Source: the human T2T-CHM13v2.0 reference genome, Homo sapiens. From it: a stretch of 64,000 nucleotides of DNA. Position numbers and translations under genes: made by a program. The stretch lies in assembly GCF_009914755.1 (NCBI RefSeq), contig NC_060928.1; one strand, written 5' to 3'. Position 1 is the first letter of the stretch; every line of letters starts with the position of its first letter. Positions 16,576-31,721 of this stretch are shown here, piece after piece. The notes beneath the pieces are model-generated. The model made no database searches. It saw only the letters and a list, made by a program, of their open reading frames with translations, and was not told the DNA's origin.

Positions 16576-16614
16576 TGTAAACTCACATATTTTCTTTTGT
16601 ACACAATAAGAAGC

Positions 16615-16720
16615 CATTTACTCAACAAATATTTATTGAGTTCCTATTAAGCACCATGCACTGTTTTCGGTGTTTGGATTACACAAAAAAACAAAACAGT
16701 CAGAGACTTGCTGTCCACGG
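16615..16720 (-). mobile_element. L2 3' end fragment
   Basis: catttactcaacaaatatttattgagttcctattaagcaccatgcactgtt. Confidence 0.75.
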
Positions 16721-17091
16721 GGAATAAACAAAGATTCCAGCCAGTTTATATTTTACCCAGAAAGTTAAGCCATTATCTAGATGATTAGATAAAACAATCG
16801 ATTTCATTGGATATACAACTGCATTCTTAGAGACTTTTAATGCTAAGATTTTGAATAACTCTTAGGAATGTGAGAATAGATAGACTATAAATATTTTCCT
16901 TTGATAAAAACACACAGTATTCTGTATTTACAATTTAAAGAGGACTTGGTTCATTTCATGCCACATGATTTCACAACTTAGTTGATAGTATTGTGATATA
17001 TTTGTATATCTATATTTCATATGTATAGTGTATATGTGTTATGAATAACTGAGTATAATATGTATTATCTACCACAGAAAAATGCAAACAA

Positions 17092-18791
<1,700 letters not shown>

Positions 18792-19031
18792 TTACAAATA
18801 TTAATGAATTTGTTCAAAATTAATTTTGATGCTTTGGAAATAAAATGCTTGATTTTATAAATAATTATTATAGAATTTGTTTCTTTCAAAGCAAATGGTC
18901 ATTTAATTAACCAATTAGTTATTTCAGAAAGGCTTTACTTATTACATTTTATTCAGTGTCGGACATGAAAAGAGGCTTTTACAAATTATAAAATCTCTTC
19001 ACTGGTCTGAGGAATTTATAGTCCACCTAGA

Positions 19032-19275
19032 GAGACAATATAAATGAAACAATACAGGGTGGTATATTCGTAAATTACAACAAAGTATAAGAACAAGTGT
19101 ACATAAAAGAAAAGAACAAGTGTACATAAAAGAAAAAAACAAGGAAACTTTTCCTTACTCCAACAGCGAGACAATATAATGAAACAATACAAGGCAGTAT
19201 ATTCATAAATTACAGCAAAGTATAAGAACACATGAACATAAAAGAAGAAAACAATGAAACTTTTCCTCACTCCAA
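19032..19275. repeat. Diverged tandem duplication (about 110-bp unit x2) with a nested exact 22-bp duplication
   Basis: gagacaatata..gaaacaatac..taaattaca..caaagtataagaaca..gaaacttttcct.actccaa occurs at 19032-19163 and 19168-19275. Confidence 0.92.
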
Positions 19276-19911
19276 TTATTTTCAATATGTCCTTATTCAG
19301 CAAGACAAAAACAGCACAGTCATGAATTTATGCTATGTCAGATAAAATTCACTAGCTAGACTGATTTCTGATTTGAAACAACTGCTAACCAGTGTTTTGT
19401 ACTACTTTAAAAAGAAAAAAAAAAAGCAGCAAAAGCAGTAACCTAGAATCTCCAGGAAGCTTCTGGGGTAATAGATTGTGATTGTATGCTCTTAAGATCA
19501 GGATATCTCAGTGTGAAGGCTTTACAAGTTATGGATCTGAGGAGAAAAATAACAGCTCAGGGAGAGTTTCTTCTTCTTAGCTCACCAAGATGAGGAAAAG
19601 GTCAAAGACAGTCTAAGGCGCTATAGCAGTTTGGAAAGTAGTGTGTCAGATAGGATCTCACAGTGGTAATTGTAGCTCTGCTTTCTTCCATCATCCTGAT
19701 TGTGGTGAAAGCCAAGAACTTAGAGCAATGGACTGAGAAAATACTATGAAATAAGAGGCCCATTGGTCTGGATAAAACTACAGTCAGTAAAAATGGAAAA
19801 TAAACTTCCATATGTTTGGCCTTTAGCAGCCTCAGAGACTTCAACTAACATTTTACAAAATTGCTTTAGAGTCCTTCATAGTCGTAATGCTTTGTTTGGA
19901 GGGGGGGGTCA

Positions 19912-20009
19912 CTTAAGTTTAAAATCTTAAGTTTAAACTTAAGCTCAACATGCTTAAGTTTAAAATCTTAAGTTTAAACTTAAGCTTAACATGCTTAAGT
20001 TTAAAATCT
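19912..20009. repeat. 41-bp minisatellite x2.4 containing a perfect 18-bp palindrome
   Basis: Unit cttaagtttaaaatcttaagtttaaacttaagctYaacatg; palindrome CTTAAGTTTAAACTTAAG at 19926-19943 and 19967-19984. Confidence 0.93.
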
Positions 20010-20699
20010 GTTGGCAGTAGTGAAATAGTGTGAAAGGAACACAGAATGTATTTTTCTTCTTAAATGCCACTTAATCCAATAAAATTTAAGCCAAAGGTAC
20101 ACATGAATTTTAAAAGTTACTGTTGGTTTCCACTGCTGTAGATTTGGACAATGTTTCTACTCTAGAAAGTTTTTTATTGGGGTCAGGATTGTCCAAAACA
20201 AACTTATTTTCACTGGCCTACATATTGTTTTCATAGGGCTCAATTCTATTAGTTGAAGAATTTAACGTTACTCTGGGTTTCAGGTATTATTTATGCTAGA
20301 TGGTTTTGTATGTAGGGCACACAGTTTAAAAGGGTGCACCCTGTAATATTAAATGATATGACAAATGAATGCTGAGAAGAGAATTTAAATTTGAAAAAAC
20401 ATGCTGACAATTGACAAATGATCCAATTAACATTACAGATGTTTTACCAAGTTGAAAAATTAGAAGCAAACAAACTAACATGTACTTGTATTAGAAGCAA
20501 AGTTTAGAAGTTTATAAAAATCATTTTTTTCCTATTTCAGGAAAATGACTTAGAATTATTTTTCTCAATTGCTTACTTATGGTGCTCTGAAGAAAGAGCA
20601 GTAATGTATGATTAAGTGCCTAATGATTTAGATGTTATTGAAAAGGTTTTGTACAAAGTGGATATTTATGATTTGGATCACTGTGCTATTGAATCAGCC

Positions 20700-20816
20700 C
20701 CTTAAGTACCTGAAAGCAAGGGTTCCTGGGTCATTGCTGTAACCCCATGGGCTAGACAAGTGTGGGCACATAACAGACTGAGACACTCAAGAAATTTTTG
20801 TTGAATGTGTGGATGA
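20700..20816 (+). mobile_element. L2 3' end fragment
   Basis: taagtacctgaaagcaaggg..ggcacataacag..actcaagaaatttttgttgaatg. Confidence 0.65.
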
Positions 20817-21202
20817 GGGCCCTAAAAGACAGCGAATGCGGCATGTCAAAATATAACTCGTAATATGGAAGCAATCTGGAGGAAATATTAGTGAAATCAG
20901 TTCAGGATGATGAAAGTGATTTTGCCAAACTGACATGAATACATTTAACAATGAAACATGAATAGAAGATAATTTTCCCCAATAATTTTCTACTTTCAGC
21001 TCTTTAAAGGAAAGAAAGTAATAAAAAATAAAACATGCTCTAAAGATGAACTTGAAATCACCTGTGTCCTAAATCATCAGAATAAACAGAAATACTTAAC
21101 ATAAAAAGAAGGATACCACTGCTTTTTGTTATGATTTTTTTTGAAAATTGCTCCTTGATAAGTGACCAAGAGAAAACAGAAATAAAAAGCAGCAAAATTG
21201 CA

Positions 21203-22099
21203 CAAATAACCTCATTAAAAAGTGGGCAAAGGATATGAACAGACATTTCTCAAAGGAAGGCAAGCATCCAACAGAAATTAAAGAATGCTCTTCATCACTA
21301 ATCACCAGAGAAATGCAAATCAAAAGCACAATGAGATAGCATCTCATACCAGTCAGAATGCCTTTTCTTAAAAAGTCAAAAACTAACAGATGTTGATGAG
21401 GCTGTGGAGAAAAGGGGACACTTATACACTATTGATGGGAATGTAAATTAGTCCAGCTGCTGTGAAGAGCAGTTTGGAGATTTCTCAAAGAACTAAGAGT
21501 TGAACCACCATTCAACCCAACAATCCCATGACTGGGTATATATCCAAATGAAAATAAATCCTTCTCCCAAAAGGACACATGTACCTGTATGTCTATCGCA
21601 GCACTATTCACAATAGCAAAAACATGGAATCAACACAGGTGCTCATCAATGGTGGATTGGATAAGGAAAATGTGGTACATATACACCATGGATTGGATAA
21701 GGAAAATGTGGTATGTATATACCACATATACACAGCCATAATAAAAATGAGATTATGTCCTTTGCAGCAACATGGATGCAGCTGGAGGCCACTATTCTAA
21801 GTGAACTAACACAGTAACAGAAAACCAAATACCGCATGTTTTTACTTATAAATTGGAGCTAAACGTGGGGTACACATGAACGTAAAGAGAGGTCAATAGA
21901 CACTAGGAAATACAAAACGGAGGAGGAAAGAAGGGGACACAGGCAGAAAAACTAACGAGTGGGTACTGTGCTTGCTATCTGGGTGACAGTTTCTGTTATA
22001 CCGCAGACCTCAGCATTACACCATATCCCTCTGTAACAATCCTGCACGTGTACCCCTTGATCCTAAAATAAAAGCTGAGAAAGAAAAAGAAAAAAAAAA
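21203..22099 (+). mobile_element. L1PB/L1PA16-like 3' end (about 0.9 kb) with polyA
   Basis: cattaaaaagtgggcaaagga..gaaatgcaaatcaaa..gcagcaacatggatgcagctggaggcc..cctgcacgtgtacccc..aaaataaaag followed by an A-rich tail. Confidence 0.92.
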
Positions 22100-25000
22100 G
22101 CTATGTTGTAATATAGTTGGTGGTTCTATTTCTTTCATCAAAGTTTCTCACTAAAGACCAGTTTGTTTATCCTTTTATTTGTTCATTCATTTTTTCCTTC
22201 CTTCTTTCTTTTCTCTGTCCTTCCTTCCCTCCCTTCGTGTTGAACCTTAGGAAAATGAAAGCTATATAAAAAGATTCCCACAGCTGTTTTGAAATTTTGA
22301 CAGGTATAAGGGACCTTTTAGGAAGCTACTCACTTTAACGCATGCCAGGGATGTGGACCAGGAAAGTATAGAGATTTGAAAATGAAGGAGACCCTGAGAG
22401 ATAACATGCCCTTATTTTCCTTCAATTGTTCGTTCCCTTCACAGCCTGTCTTTGCTATCACATGTATGCATGAATCCTGAGGCATCTACCATGCACGATA
22501 AATACTTTCCTTGATTTTCCACATGTTGTTGGTCCTTCAGTTACGTTCAGTGAAGGCAGACTGCCTTCATTGTTTTATTAGTTTATCCAACTTTCTAAGG
22601 GATCTCATAAAGTCATCAAAAAACTTGTATTAACAAGTCTCATGTGAAGGCATGAAATAGTGCTTGCTGTTTGTCACATGTTGCAGAGCTATGTGCGCCA
22701 GTCATTCCTTCATTCTTAAGGAACACTTTCTTCTTGAAAGTAATACCAGACAATGTAGAAAACATCACACTGTGGCTTGACTTGTTGGTGCTGCCTAGCT
22801 CTCCTGGCAGTGTGGCCCTTGAGAGCCTGATTCCTTGAAATGACCTTAGGGCACGAGAGGATTAGGATCAATTCTCCTTCTCTCGCTAAGAGTCTGCTGG
22901 GGATTACACCTGAGTATAGAAGTGCCACACTCTTTAAAAAAACTCAAAGGTTACCATGGTTAAATACTATTGGGCTGCTGGGTGCCAGAATTTTCAAAGC
23001 AGATTCATCTAAAAAATCAATATGGACACAAGACATTTATTGCATTATTCCATTATACATCCATACCTCAAACATTTAACATGTTCTCAAGAATAATACT
23101 TTGAGCTCTTAAACCTTAACTAAATGTAAAAGCAGGGATCCACAGAAAATTAAATCTCCAGTGAACCAATACATCAAATTTATTATTTTTGTTCCTAGTT
23201 ATTCCAATGACTCCATGAAAAGGAACCTATTCAAAACACATGCCCAATAATAGAAGCATTGTTAGAAGAGTCACTAAAAGTACAAAAGCATCAATTAAAA
23301 GGGAGGTCCTAGTTGATTTAACAGCAACAACTAAAAGGAGGTAAAGGACTTATAGAAGATTGCTTTAGGGAATATATTGATTTTAAATATGATAGTTCAT
23401 TCCTGACAATTTCTGCCTTTCATGAAATAGGTCACAGGACGTTGGTATGATTTAGAATAAGGTAATGAAGTGACAGTAATAAAAAAAGTTTGATGTTCTA
23501 AAGGCAGCGTGAGTTGTGAAATCTGACTACTAGTAATATTGTTTTATAAGGAATTAAAGTAGGTGAGTACCTAAAGCGAATGCTGTGTAGGAACCCATAT
23601 ACTAGATAAGTGCATATTTTGCCTGCATTGGTCATTAAATTCATGTTTAAATAATACCAAAATGCATAGATAAAGAACAAAACATACTCTCATCTAGAGT
23701 TTAGGCTTTTAAAGCCTCTCTATTCAAAACAGATACTTTTCTGGTATCTAATGTTTAATATAGGCATGGACTATGTTAGAAGAGCAATGCAAACATAAAA
23801 GAAAAAATATTAAGATATAAAAGTGTGCACTGCATCATGCTTTATATTAACTATCCACTAGGCTATATTTAATTATTAAAGTTCACTCTATAGATTTATC
23901 TAAATATTTGAGCTGCACAGAACTTTTTTCCAATATTTTCTTCTTTAAATAATATTGAAAAATATGTCCTGTCAACTAGATAGAATTTTTAAGGCATTTT
24001 CATGGCCCACTTTCACTGTATAATTAAATATTTTTATTTAAGGAAAACATTATTAGATGCTCCTCCCTCACCCTAAAGATCTAAATTCCAGTATTTAAAA
24101 TTATTTAATATTATTTAGCCACTCATATATGTCAGGCACTCTACTAGAAGTAAATGTGTGACGTGTTAAATATGTACATTCATACATACATATGCAAGAA
24201 TATGCAAAAATATATTCAATAAAAATATACTCAGTTGATAAGATTGCCATCTTCATTGAATTTTTAAGAAGAAAATTGCAGGAAAATTAGTAGATATCAG
24301 AAAATTGGATTTTTCAGCATCTCTATTTTAAGTTGAAAATGACCTTTTAAATAGAAGATCCAGTATCAATATATTATATTCAGCCTGATTTTCTACAACT
24401 TTTACTTATACACACTTATTTTAATTAAATTTGACACCTGCACTAAACTTTTAGAATATTGAAAGCTATCAAAATACTCTTTTTCTGAATATGGCAACTA
24501 AGAGAGAGACACTGTAGTCCTATAAGTCTTATCCACATGAAAAAATATATTGCAGTATGATGAAAGGAGATAAGAATATTATATTACAAATTTGAGCACA
24601 ATCTTTAAGAATAGCAGTATTGCTACAGTGGGTTGAAAAAAATAAAAAGAAATTTCCCTTTGTGGGTAATAAGACCATGTTTATTCTGTGAAGCAGTATT
24701 AATATTTTGATAAGGGCAAGATTTAATATTAAACTTTAGATGACCAAGAACTTGTATCAAGCATTATCCTTTTTTGAACAGCATATTACTCTTGCCAAAG
24801 ATAATTTCGTTTTTGATTTGGGGATGCTCAGGACTCTTGAGAAAGTGAAGATACATGGAACTGATGATACAAGTCTGTGAGGCCAAAGCTCTCTATTGTG
24901 AAAGATAGCTAATTAATAACCTTACTATTGATTAAAATAAAACATGTCAAAATTATCTCTATCAGTCAGTTTACTGTGATCATCATTTGTATATAAAATA

Positions 25001-25779
25001 CTCTTCATGGCATACATGCAGAAGTCCACTTGCCCGATCGCCTAGGAAGGCACTAGAAGGTGCATCCTTTTGGTCACCTACTCATGCCATCCCTTCTCCA
25101 GTGTAGATTGTATACAGTAACAATTAGGAGATGACATGGGAGTCTGACAAGGAAAGATTATGAGATTATGTCACTTTGAAATTTGTTTTCTACTATTTTA
25201 CCACATTAATGACTCATAGCGTTAGAATGAATTCAGTTTTAAAAAAGTCGTTTGAGGATATTCAGAAGTAGGTTTATAAATGTAAGAGGAACTTAGAATT
25301 TCTTTGCTTTCTCATGATTTTTAATTTGTTGTTTTGGTTTCCTTTCTTCAGTATGAGCCGTCATACTGAAACCCAAGCTCGATCATCTCTACTTCCAGGA
25401 GGTGGGAGGAGATCTTTTCGTTTGAATTGTGAAACTGGTTGCCTTTCAGAGACAAGCTATCTGTGTATGTGGAGAGGAAGAATATATAAATAAGTAAGAT
25501 AAACAAAATAGAGTATTTCCATGACAACTCTACAGAACCAAAACTGTATAATGAATCCTTAGATTTCCTTACACTTTACATACTTGAGAAAATTGAAACA
25601 AATGATAAACCATGTTAATTTTTAAATATAAAGGCAGAACTAGGTTTATGCGATAAAGACTTAATTACGTCAAATTCGCCCACATCCCCTACCCTCCATG
25701 TCATCCCACTTCGGCTTCTCCAAATACTTCTGATATTTGTTTTGTTTTTCATCTCAAACATCAGTCCACCTTTAAGTGT

Positions 25780-26015
25780 TCCATGGAATTTTTTTCCACA
25801 CTTGTGTTGAGTTGTTTTAAAGAGTTAAGCTATGTGCGTTGTATGGTTTTGTCCATTTGATTCCTAAAAAGTGTTTTGAGGTTGATAGTATCCTGTTTTA
25901 TCAATGAGGAAACCAAGTCTTAGAGGGATTAGATTACTTGCCTAAGCTCATGCCATCAGGAATTGTTGCAGCCAAGTATTGACCATAAGTCAGTCAGACT
26001 TTAAAACTTATACTC
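25780..26015 (-). mobile_element. MIR
   Basis: ttttatcaatgaggaaaccaagtcttagagggattagattacttgcctaag is the MIR core. Confidence 0.7.
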
Positions 26016-26169
26016 CTATAAGTACAGAAACTTTTAAAATTTAATTCTCTGGACTTGTCTAAGAGAGGATCATGTTACTTCATGACAGCATTCAGATTAG
26101 TCACTTCTTTTCTCTATAAGTGCTTTCTAAGTACTGTAGGTAAACTCGCTGTAGGAAAGAAAATTATTA

Positions 26170-26330
26170 AGAGCCTGGAAAGCTCAGATTTAAGTCCTGC
26201 CTGAGCAGATTATGTAGTCTCAAGGTTTCAGTTTGCTCATCAATGTGGGGGTAATAATATTCACCTCATGGGTCATTGTGAGGATTAAGCGTAATGTCCC
26301 ATGTAATTGTACCTGGCACATAATAAGGAA
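26170..26330 (+). mobile_element. MIR
   Basis: tttcagtttgctcatcaatgtgggggtaataatattcacctcatgggtcattgtgaggattaag. Confidence 0.75.
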
Positions 26331-26794
26331 GAGTTTTAAAAATGAATTAGTATGCTATTGCTACAGTCCTGGACTAGATAGGAAAAATGAGCGGATAGAG
26401 AGTTTAAAATCTAATTGAGGAGATGAGCAACCAATATGTGGGTAATTTTAGGACAGTTGTAATACTTGTTTAAAATTATGCCAATGAATTATATATGTAT
26501 GTGTACGTATATATGATGTACACACACACACACATGCATGCGTGCGCATGCACCTGCCTGAATTAGGACTAAGAATAACAAAGTAATAGGAGGGATATAT
26601 GGTATGTATAGAAATATTTCCTGGAGCAGGTGCATTTCAGTATGTTAAAGTGATGAATAGTGCTTGAGTTTAAGGGGTGAGAGAGGATAGGCAGGAAACT
26701 ACACATGAGAAGAAACCACTAAAGAGGAACTAGAGTGCCCAACTGAAAAAGAATCTTGAGATGTTTCCAATTTATGTATCCTTCAAATAAAATA

Positions 26795-27012
26795 ATGGAA
26801 AATATTCTTGGTGCTTTTCAGATTCCAGGCATCGTTCTAAGAACTTTCTGCTAACTCAGTTCTCACAACTGTATGAAAGAAGTGCTATCCGTGTTTCCTT
26901 TTTTACAGGTAGGAAACCGGGGCCCAGAGATGCTGATCACTTTGCCTAGGTTCACAAATCTAGTGAGCAGCATATCCAGGATTGCAAATTCAGGATGCTA
27001 AACCCAGAATCT
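26795..27012 (-). mobile_element. MIR
   Basis: ccaggcatcgttctaag..ttttacaggtaggaaaccggggcccagaga..ttgcctaggttcaca. Confidence 0.75.
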
Positions 27013-27848
27013 AAGGGGCTTGTAGAGAAGCACTTAGCACATGTTGGGAGGGGTGCATGGGGAGGGAAATAACCCCTGGAGGAATGCACTAGGGAGCATG
27101 GCTTAACATTAAAGAGCTGAGACTGGTGCCACTTCTTACGTCAATTGAGGGTCAAGCCCAAATGCTTCCCGTTCAATTCCTAAGAATCAGAGGACCTAAA
27201 ATTTATCTTTGAGGTATAAACCATGCAGAGGTTGACTGGAAATTTGGCTTCCAGGAAGGGATAAGTGAGTTGGATTAAAGGACTAAGTTCCATCTTTGTA
27301 ACAAGCACTCACATAGAATAAGGCAGTGACAAGGGGATGTGCACTAAATGTAAGTCACAGTATAGAAGTCCAAACAACTGGGGTTAGGATGAAGCTTGGG
27401 AAGGAATTTAGAGAGGAAGGAGAATATTTTACCTAATATTTAGTAATGATATACAGATGAAAGTTTGGGGGAAATAGAAAGGAAAGAAGGGAGAATAGAG
27501 AAACAAGACATCATTCTGCAATCCCTGAAGTTTTCAGCCTGAGTAGCAGGTGTAGTGGAAGTGCTATCAATATTAAACAAAATTAGGAAGGTATAGAAAT
27601 TAATGTGAAACAGAGGAAATTCAGTTTTCATAACGTTGTGATGGGGGAAATTTCATCTTGTCTATGAAATACATTTCCCTCTGAACAATTTTAATATAAG
27701 AGTTAAATATTTCCAAATACAAATTATTGAGTTACTTATTAACAAAATATAATTAATGAAAATTCTTGAAAGAGTATGAGAAAAAGACATTGAGTTTATT
27801 TTATGTGGGGAAAAAAGGTTCAGGGGTGATACAATGCTTATACACAAG

Positions 27849-27850
<2 letters not shown>

Positions 27851-27888
<38 letters not shown>
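27851..27888. repeat. (GT)19 microsatellite
   Basis: Uninterrupted GT run. Confidence 0.97.
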
Positions 27889-27890
<2 letters not shown>

Positions 27891-29778
27891 AATTGTATCA
27901 TCTCCAAAAAATAAAAATTAGAGGGAAAAGAGATATTAAATACTAGATCTGGCTTTTATGACAAGTGGCCTTTCTATATGTACATCACTGAAAATGGAAT
28001 TTGTATCAGGCTGGAATATTTGAATAAATTTCAATCAGCATGACCTGTCATATTCTCTTTTTAAGTTTTGTGGCTCGATTTCATTGAGTTCACTGTTGTC
28101 ATCAGCTCATATCCACAACATAAAGCATCTGCGTCACAAAGTTTGAGTTTGGAGAGCCCAGAGGCTTCCAAAATTCATGGAAATAAGTTCCAGAAGGCTT
28201 TGACCTTTGGGAAGTCCCAGGCTGTCTTATCTCCACTCCACGTGGAGTGGCCTTTCATTGAAGGAGGCAACAAGTGGTAGTAAGACTCTAAAACTTGCAA
28301 AATCAATGGAGAAAGCTACATGAAATGACATCTTCAGATTTACTTGTGATTGGCACCTGATCCCTATTTGAGAATCAAAAGGTTGTCATAAAGTCCATGT
28401 TTTATTACTTTCTTCTTTTATATCAGGCAACCCCCAAATGGTTATCATAAAGCCCCATCTTTGCCCTCAGTAGTAACCAAGGCAGACAGGCAGGCAGCTA
28501 CAGGGTTGACCTATATAGGTTTGGTGGAAAGTAGGGCCCTTGGGTCCCACCTCTCTGGCCAACAATCTATAACTGATTTTCACTGAGTTTTATTTAGTTA
28601 TCTAAAGGAAAATCCAGTTTATATCTTGGTTGGAGAATTGGATTTCCATGTTCGATGGCTGTATTTTTATGGGTATAATCTTAAGTGGCCAAATCTTGAA
28701 GGGTGACAGCTGTGGTTAGGTTAGTAGTGAGCCGCCTGAGGATATTAGAGTTCAACTTGTACAAAGAGCCAAAATCAACTCTTAAAAATATTCAGCTTTC
28801 TCATAAGATTTGCTGGAGGCTGTTCTCCCCAGAACTCTTAAACTTGGATATCACCAATGATCTACAGATTATTATAGCTCGGAGCCGTGCTGAATTTTAT
28901 CATAGACTGATGTTTAGTTGTTCTGATATTAGATGATCCTCATATGTCTTAATATTTATGCAGTTATACTCCCCAAGTTAAAATGAGTGGACTATAGTAC
29001 AACTACATGATTTTTAAAGGTGCTTCTTAATTATATTTTCTCTTCTACTTCTATTTACCATTCACAATTTGGAAGATGAACATTGACCCAAACTGGAGAA
29101 TAAAAACTGCAACAGAATTTTAGTTTAATAGGGGCAGGGATTTTAAGCCTGCTTGTACATGGCTGTATCACCAGTAGAACAGTTAAGTGCCTGGGAATTC
29201 ACAGGAAAGCAATACAATTTGTTAAATAGTTCTTTTTGATTCAAATGCAAACTTTTGAATAAAAACACTGGAAATTATGTACATACCAGAAAATCCATAC
29301 ACAAATGCACATGGCTCTTTTGATACATTCAACATGTTCTAAATGACTGCAATGATTATGTAACCATTGCTATTTACTACAGAAATATAATTACTGTGTT
29401 ACTACCTTTAATGCTCCATATATCACCGCCTTTCTAGAGGAGTTTCACAGAAGTCTGGATTCTTGGTTTTATATTGGTTCATGTTTCGTATCCCTGAGAA
29501 CAACAAGAATGTCCTGCCCTTTTTCTTGCTCTTTTACTAACTCCAAATATAGTTTCAAATACCTTTCTAAACTACCTGGTTTAATTTAAGAAAGGATACT
29601 ACAGGAGAGTAAAATTAGAGTGTAGGTGAAATGAAATCTGCGCATGGCTGGCCTCTTTAGATATAATTTACTGATGATTAGATGAGATTATACAGAACTA
29701 TTTGGCTGCAATGGTAGACAGGAAAAAGAAATGGAAAATTCTTTAAGGTGATGAACTTGTGTTGACATTTACAAATGA

Positions 29779-30285
<507 letters not shown>

Positions 30286-31313
30286 TAAAGGAGCATTTCT
30301 TGTGCATTAGTTGGCCTCTTATTGGCTTCCAAGGATTAATATGATTTATAAATAAAATGTATAAGGAGAGCCTTTATGGGAATTGAGGCTCTACTTATAC
30401 ATTTGAATGTGGTGAAAATGATTTTCTGCTTTTTTTTTTCTTTTTTGTTCTTTCCTCCATCTGGAAAGTGGCCTAGAAGAGTGCAGGTCTTTATGGCCTC
30501 TCTGTCAGCTTTACTGGAGTCCACTTCCAGCTACCTGAAAAGAGAAAGAAATTCCTAACCTGGTCCCCAACCATAAGGAGTCAAGGCTCCAGAATGACAA
30601 CAGAGCCCTACTTTTTGAACTTGATGGAGTTAGGGCTGTCCGTTCTCCTTCTTCTTTGTCATAGATAGCTTGAGAAGTGCATATTTCTCCATTTTGAAAA
30701 TCATGTGTCTTTTAACATCACTGTGAGACTATTCCTTCCCCTTCTTTTTCCTGGTAACATCCTTTGAATTTTTCCTTTGGTTGTGCCTGTATCTTTTTTC
30801 CTGAATAATATAAAAGTTTGTTTGGCTCTAGTCATGCAAATAAAAGTTTCCTACCCATGTCTAAACATAAAATGTTAATAGCGAAAGCAGTTCCCAAAAC
30901 TTTGTTTCATACAAAATTAAGCTAATTTTGCCAGGTGAGTGACAAAGGTATCCGAGCTCAATTTGACGTTTCTCCCATTTCAATGTGCACCTCATCTAAA
31001 TCGCTTAGAGTCACTTAGAGGGCAAAACTGAGTGATAGATTTATCAGTTCTTTATGCCATCCATTTTTGCAACCTTTAGGAATATAATAAATTTAAAAAT
31101 TACTTTATGTTTGGCATTCTCTAAAAAAAAGAAAAATTGTTTCCTTTCTCTTTTCTTTCAGAGTAAAAGACAATGCCCTCGGGGTGGGGGTAGGGGAAAC
31201 TCAAGGGCTTAAATCTCTTACCTAATAAGTCATTGAAAGCAAATGGCCTTTTAAATATATTTGCCTTTTTATCTGTGGCTGACAACCCACCTCACTGGGT
31301 CACTACCCACTAG

Positions 31314-31721
<408 letters not shown>

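Noticed and set aside
19032-20009. Repeats considered as a CRISPR-like array
   Set aside because: No constant repeat with unique spacers, no cas genes, and a primate context; these are simple tandem duplications.
20520-20610. Acceptor-like ttttcctatttcAG at 20540 (similar ones at about 31161, 33856, 34299, 59064)
   Set aside because: No convincing paired donor or coding signal; expected by chance in T-rich DNA.
22548-22572. Inverted repeat tgaaggcag-a-ctgccttca
   Set aside because: A 9-bp stem with a 1-nt spacer is within chance expectation for 64 kb and too short for a pre-miRNA.
25045-25065. CTCF-like GCACTAGAAGGTGC
   Set aside because: Mismatches at core positions; not supportable without a PWM scan or ChIP data.
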